NCBI GenBank assembly: GCA_963797555.1
Contig: CAWCPV010000012.1
Coordinates: 1-32,826, forward strand
Source of the DNA: an uncultured Gammaproteobacteria bacterium
Lineage (GTDB): Bacteria > Pseudomonadota > Gammaproteobacteria > CAWCPV01
Reading direction: 5' to 3'
DNA length: 32,826 nucleotides
Position 1 is the first letter of the stretch; every line of letters begins with the position of its first letter. This document shows positions 27,770 to 32,826 of the stretch, piece after piece. The notes beneath the pieces are model-generated. The model was not told where the DNA came from, ran no database searches, and saw nothing but the letters and a program-made list of their open reading frames with translations. The translations under genes were made by a program, and so were the position numbers.

Positions 27770-28399
27770 TCAGAAGGGAGCCAGTAGCTGCGGGTTAACC
27801 ACCAGCCTCCTGACTCCGTGGGCGTGGTCTTCCTCGAAGACGTTATCCTTGCACCACTTGCTGACGCTGTTGATGTCGACCTTCGCGCACTGGGGGCGCA
27901 CGCTCCAGGTCACCTGCAGCGGGGAGCAGGTGCTTTCGGAGTATTGGGGACCAGTGGTGGAACCCAGGTACTGGACAGGGGCTCCGGTATCACTCGGCAA
28001 CGCCTTGGCTTGAGGGTAGCCGTTGACGATGTTGCCCCTGTACGCGTAATCCATGAAGTTCAGGGCCTTCGGGTCGTTGACCACGGTGAATACCTGGGCC
28101 TCGACCCGCAGGTTGGGATTGGAGCATTGCTGCGACAGGCAGGAACCGAGGCCCTTACCGGGCTTCACGTCGCAGGAACTGTACACCCAGTGCACCTCGA
28201 TGGTGTCACCGGGCCTTAGGTCCTTGCAGTGATTCTCGGCAGGCGCCTTCAATTCAGATTCGGAGAGGCTCTTGCTGATGTCGCACTGGAACCCTCCGCC
28301 GTGGCCGTGATCGCCGTCACTGACCAAGATAGAAAAGTCCTGCGCCTTGTGCTCCGCCGGGCTGTGGAAATGGATGTTGCAGAGATTCATTCTCTGGTA
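27770..28399 (-). pseudogene. Delta-class carbonic anhydrase, N-terminally truncated
   Basis: [75 protein letters not shown] and EDHAHGVR. The signal peptide and N-terminus are replaced by antisense queC sequence. Confidence 0.8.
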
Positions 28400-29624
28400 A
28401 ACGCTGCCCGGGTCGCCAAGGCGCTCGGCGTCGCCCAGTATGTGGTCGCCGACATCGATCTGCGGCGTTTCGATCGGGTCGAGGTGACGGGATTGCGCCC
28501 GTCACCCCTCCCACACCACCGGACAAGCGGTTTTCCGCATCCGGCGGTTGGACCTGGCGGCCATCAGGCGGCCGCGAGATCCGATGGAACCAGGAGACTA
28601 CCCGTTCCATCAAGCTCTCATTCAGCGCTTTCATTCATCCTCCTTCCGCCACGGTTTCCTTGCCGCCTCCAGTCTCGCGTCCGATAGCTCCACTATCTTT
28701 CGCTCCACCGCCCAAGGGATGGCTGCCGCAGTTGCAACGGCCCTCGGTTTCAGACGACTTCGCGGTCACCGCAGGGCCCTTCGCTCCACCCCCCATTGCA
28801 GAGGGTCTCCTCGCTCATATGGCCTCTGCTGACTTCTCCCAAGCTCTCACTCGGGAGATCTCCCCGGGTAAGGTGCCAAGACTCTCGGCCCGTGCCGCCA
28901 GGGCTCTACCTGATGCGTCTTTCGGTGACCGTTGGATTTCGCGTTCCCTAGCACGCTCATCGCCCGCACCCGGCCTCACTGCCTGTTCGTGTTCCTGCGG
29001 TCGTGCCTTTGCTCCGCGCTTCTTTCAGGTTGGCCTCGCGGCTTCCCCCTTGCGCTTCACTACGGTTGTCGTCACTCTCTCCGGTGACCTCCTCTCAGGT
29101 CACAAATCTTGGCCCATGCCGGGCACACTAGGGTCGGCGTTGACCGCCGACATCGACGTACCCAGAGGGCGAAGTCCTACCGACATGGCGGAAGGCATCC
29201 CCGTCACCTATGTCCCGGCCCGCAACACCATCTTTCTCTCCTTCGCCCTCGCCTGGGCAGAGGTGCTAGGGGCCGCCGACATCTTCATCGGGGTCAACGC
29301 CCTCGATTACTCTGGCTACCCCGATTGCCGACCTGAGTACATCGAGGCCTATCAGCGCATGGCCAACCTGGCCACCCCAAGGCGGGCGTCGAGGGGCAAA
29401 CGAAGCTCAGGATCCATACACCACTCATCCATCTGTCGAAGGCCGACATTATCCGCAAGGGCATAGAGCTAGGTGTGGATTACGCGTTGACCAGCAGTTG
29501 CTACGACCCTTCCCCCGAAGGTCGTCCTTGCGGCGAGTGCGCCTCCTGCTTGCTGAGGGCGAAAGGTTTCGCGCAAGCTGGGATCCCTGATCCCCTGATC
29601 GAGAAGTTCAGGGCCGTCGCTTGA
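28400..29624 (+). pseudogene. queC: 7-cyano-7-deazaguanine synthase: 5'-deleted, split by a group II intron and frameshifted near 29376
   Basis: [23 protein letters not shown] | (V)[11 protein letters not shown]...[12 protein letters not shown]...[12 protein letters not shown] / [12 protein letters not shown]...SCYDP...[10 protein letters not shown]. The N-terminal SGGxDS motif is absent. Confidence 0.9.
28473..29128 (-). mobile_element. ORF-less (internally deleted) group IIC intron, 656 nt
   Basis: 5' end GTGTGCCCGGCATGGG at 29128; internal AGGAACACGAAC, CCTTACCCGGGGAGATCT and AAGTCAGCAGAGGCCATA; DV CAACCGCCGGATGCGGAAAACCGCTTGTCCGGTGGTGTG (CGC triad); DVI and 3' end CCCGAT. Only [13 protein letters not shown]... 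remains of the RT ORF. Confidence 0.9.
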
Positions 29625-30653
29625 CAGCGACCTTGCATCACGTTGCTGCCGCCCCCTTCGAGGCGGCGCGGCATGTGGACATCCTGCCCGAGGGGCACCG
29701 GTCGCGCCGGCTGCACGGACACAGGCTGGATCACGATGACCTCAATCGTCATCTCGAGATCCCGACGGACGAGAACCTGGCCAGGTGGCTGAGGGATTGC
29801 CTTTCGGCCGCGAGTTTGGACCTGATCTCGTCGGTCTCGGCAGCCGGGGATTCGGACCGTGGGCATTCAAAGCACGCGCGACCAGGGCGCCGACCTGGAT
29901 CAGGACAATCACGTACACGTGTGGCGTCGTTTCCGGTTCGAGGCTGCCCACCAGGGGGCTCCTTTGCAGGTGTCCCCGAAGGACACAAGTGCGGGCGCAT
30001 GCACGGCCATGGCTTCGAGGTCATTCTGCACGCAGACCAGGACCTGAACGGCCGGGACATGGGCGTGGACTTTGACGAGCTGGAGTCCCGCTGGCGGCCC
30101 CTCTACGAAGAGCTGCACCTGGCGTGCCTGAACGGCATCGAGGGGCTGGAGAACCCCACCAGCGAGATGCTCTCAAGCTGGTTGTGGGAGCACCTTAAAC
30201 CGTCCCTGGGGGAGTTGTCCTGGGTGACGGTGTACGACGGCTACCGCCGGGTGTCATTACGATGGCGCCCGGTACCGGATCTGGAAGGAGTTCGCCTTCG
30301 AGAGCGCGGTACGGCTCCTGCGTGCCCCGGAGGGCGACCGGCGCCGCCGGCTGCACGGCCACAGCTACCTGGGACGCCTACACCTCACGGCGCCACTCGA
30401 CGAGGTGATGGGCTGGACCATCGACTACGGCGACGTGAAGGAGCTGTTCGAACCGGCCTACCTGCGGCTCGACCATCATCCATTGAACGAGGTGGCGGGT
30501 TTGGGGACCGGCGACAGCGTCGGCCTGCTGCACTGGATGCGGGACAGCATGATCGAGACCCTTCCCCCGCTCGATCGCATTGATGTGTATGAGACGCCCG
30601 GCTGCGGCGCCATCCTCTCGTGGGGACAGCGCGGGCCTGCTCTGCCGCTGTGA
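29621..30653 (+). pseudogene. queD: Triple-domain 6-carboxytetrahydropterin synthase, multiple frameshifts and a deletion
   Basis: Three repeats: FEAAR...GHRSRRLHGH; RRFRFEAAH...GHKCGRMHGHGF...LENPTSE; IWKEFAFESA...RRLHGHSY...IDYGDVK...LDHHPLN...VYET. Located between queC and queE. Confidence 0.85.
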
Positions 30654-30662
30654 CTACAGCCG

Positions 30663-31113
30663 ATGACCTACTCGGTCAAGGAGATCTTCTACACGCTCCA
30701 GGGCGAGGGGGCGCGACGGAACGCGTTGCCGGTTCTGCCGGTTCGCCGGATGCAACCTGTGGAGTGGGCATGAGCAGCATCGAATGAAGGCGGTCTGCCA
30801 ATTCTGTGACACCGACTTCGTCGGTACGGACGGCGAGGGAGGTGGCAAATACCGAACCGCGGCCGGTCTTCTGCTAATCGGTTTTCTTTGGCCAGCTCAC
30901 CTACGTAACGGAGGTAGGCCTTTCGTCGTGTGCACCGGCGGCGAACCCTTGCTGCAGCTCGATGAACCCTTGCTCGCCAACCTGCATGAGCACGGTTTCG
31001 ATGTGGCAGTGGAGACAAACGGCACCCGGCCCAATCCACCCGGTATTGACTGGCTGTGCGTCAGCCCGAAGGCGCACACGGAGCTAACCATCCGTACGGG
31101 CCACGAGATAAAC
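30663..31113 (+). pseudogene. queE: 7-carboxy-7-deazaguanine synthase (radical SAM, Cx14Cx2C type), frameshifted and truncated by ISL3
   Basis: MTYSVKEIFYTLQGEG / FCRFAGCNLWSGHEQHRMKAVCQFCDTDF...CTGGEPLLQ...VETNGT...CVSPK. The C-terminus is missing. Confidence 0.9.
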
Positions 31114-32628
31114 GGCTCTTTCGGTAATTGTGTGGATCGTGGTGGTCGAGTAGCATCCGTTCTGAGCAATCGTCTATCACAACATCTTGTGGTTGGGCCT
31201 GTGGGGTTGTGGGCGAGAGGCCCGCGAGTGTGGGCAACCGGGAGGTTGTCCACACGGTCCTTGGGACGCGGGCCGCTCCGCAGGACTCGTCCACAAATCC
31301 ACAGGCCATCAAGGGGGAGCGCCATGGAGCCAACGCATCTATTCACGACGGCACTGGGCCTCACGGCGCCTTGGGAAGTCACCGGCGTACGCTTTGACCC
31401 CGAGGCTGGGCGCATCGACCTCGAGGTGGCCTTTGCCAAGGGGAGCCGCTTCGCCTGCCCGGCGTGCGGAGCGCCAGGCCAGCCGGTGCATGATGCCCGC
31501 AAGCGCAGCTGGCAGCACCTGAGCTTCTTTTAAGTCACGAGCATACCTGCACGCGCATCTGCCGCGAGTGCGCTGTGAGAGCTGCGGCAAGACGACTCAG
31601 GTCGAGCCGCCGTGGGCGCGCGCACAGAGTGGCTTCACGGCGCTGATGGAGGCACTGGTGGTGACGCTGTGCCAGGCGATGCCGGTGGCGACCGTCGCCC
31701 GGCACCTGGGCGTGGGCGATGAGCGCCTGTGGGGGGTGCTCGAGCACTACGTGGAGGCGGCCCGCGCCCAGGAGGACCACTCCCCGGTGCGCGCCGTGGG
31801 CCTGGACGAGACCGCCGCCCGGCGGGGGCAGCACTACCTCAGCCTGTTCCATGACCTCACGGGCAAACGCCTGCTGTTCGCCTGCGAGGGCCGCGACCAG
31901 AGCACCGTGGCGGCCTTTGTCGCCGACCTCAAGGCGCACGGGGGCGACCCGCAGGCCATCGAGCAGGTGTGCATCGACCTGTCCGCCGCTTATCTCGCCG
32001 GGGTGACCAAGCATCTGCCTAAAGCCACGGTGAGCTTCGATGCCTTCCATGTCATCCAGCTCGCCAACCAGGCCGTCGATACAGTGCGCCGCGAGGAGAT
32101 CAAGACCGAGCCCGCCCTCAGGGGCACCCGCTGGACCTGGCTCAAAGACGCCCACGACTGGACCTGGGAGCAGCTCACTGACTTTCACTGGCTCTCCCGC
32201 GCCCGCCTCAAGACCGCCCGCGCCTGGCGCCTCAAGGAGGCGCTGCGCGATATCTACGCCACGGCCAGCACCCTCGAGCAGGCCGAGACCGCGCTCACGC
32301 GCTGGTATAGCTGGGCACGGCGTAGCCGCCTGCAACCCATGAAGCACCTCGCTGCCACTCTGAAAGACCACTGGGACGGTGTGCTCGCCGCGTTCGACTC
32401 CGGCCTCACCAACGGCCGCGCCGAGGGCATCAACTCCCTCATCCAGGCTGCCAAAGCCCGCGCCCGAGGCTACCGCACCACGCGCTCGCTCATCACCATC
32501 GCCTACCTCATCGCGGGCAACCTGGCCCACTTGCCGGCCTCGCCGTTCAACACACGATCTTGTGTCAGACCTCAGGCAGAGGCTGCCGCAGCGTAAGCAT
32601 ATCTACCCACACGATTCCGGTAAGAACC
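31114..32628 (+). mobile_element. ISL3-family insertion sequence, no target duplication
   Basis: Imperfect IRs GGCTCTTTCGGTAATTGTGTGG and CCACACGATTCCGGTAAGAACC. The flanks AGATAAAC and AAAAATTC do not match. Confidence 0.85.
31324..32596 (+). pseudogene. ISL3 transposase, broken by a TAA and frameshift at 31531-31545
   Basis: MEPTHLFTTALGL..PW...CPACG...WQHLSFF* then AYLHAHLPRVRCESCG...VGLDET...CIDLS...FDAFHVI...TNGRAEGINSLIQAAKARARGYR. Confidence 0.9.
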
Positions 32629-32826
32629 AAAAATTCTGCATATCAAAGACGGGATTGACGTGCGGAGCTTCGCCTCTGGGTCGAAGCCCATAACGGAGCC
32701 TGCCCGCAAGGGGATGGAAGCGTTCGTGCAGGTCGCCGGCGAAAACCCAACCGCAGCCCCAAGCCCATCGCCTTGGGCCGGCTGGCCAGCATCGGGCACT
32801 CCAATCCTGTGCCGCGCGTGCTCCGA

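Noticed and set aside
30784-31533. QueE-transposase fusion ORF
   Set aside because: Chance in-frame read-through from truncated queE across the ISL3 left end; both parts are broken.
32655-32826. Possible group II intron 5' end or structured RNA (GTGCG at ~32660, GGGTCGAAGCCC and CCCGCAAGGG hairpins)
   Set aside because: Too little sequence before the window edge and no diagnostic domain; needs a covariance-model search.

Overview
GC-rich, probably proteobacterial accessory region. Intact genes are interleaved with many broken ones (single-base indels, in-frame nonsense codons, IS and intron insertions, deletions). From left to right: a frameshifted hypothetical gene and a PsiF-repeat gene; intact putP whose stop codon lies inside a MITE; a divergent ECF sigma/ZAS anti-sigma and Tat metallophosphoesterase/CuA-type cupredoxin module; an intact ~1030-aa OmpR-type wHTH + STAND ATPase + helical-repeat regulator divergent from a 503-aa secreted EF-hand protein; a START-domain gene; an IS1634 element inserted into a yybP-ykoY (Mn) riboswitch upstream of a UPF0016/GDT1 exporter; DUF1259 and MFS genes; an intact TIGR03118 - Cyc2-like cytochrome-porin - cytochrome c operon; a dual cNMP-binding/rhodanese gene; debris of a tyrosine-integrase island with an attP-like site; a truncated delta-class carbonic anhydrase; and a decayed queC-queD-queE operon hit by an ORF-less group IIC intron and an ISL3. 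The most notable hidden signal is an 83-bp promoter block with 11-bp-spaced direct repeats present twice (9844-9926 and 22802-22884, 69/83 identical by hand count). The second copy still carries a 35-codon remnant of the regulator's N-terminus. This suggests a STAND-regulator regulon linking the secreted EF-hand protein to the Cyc2-like operon. All family assignments come from motif recognition by eye; no searches were run.
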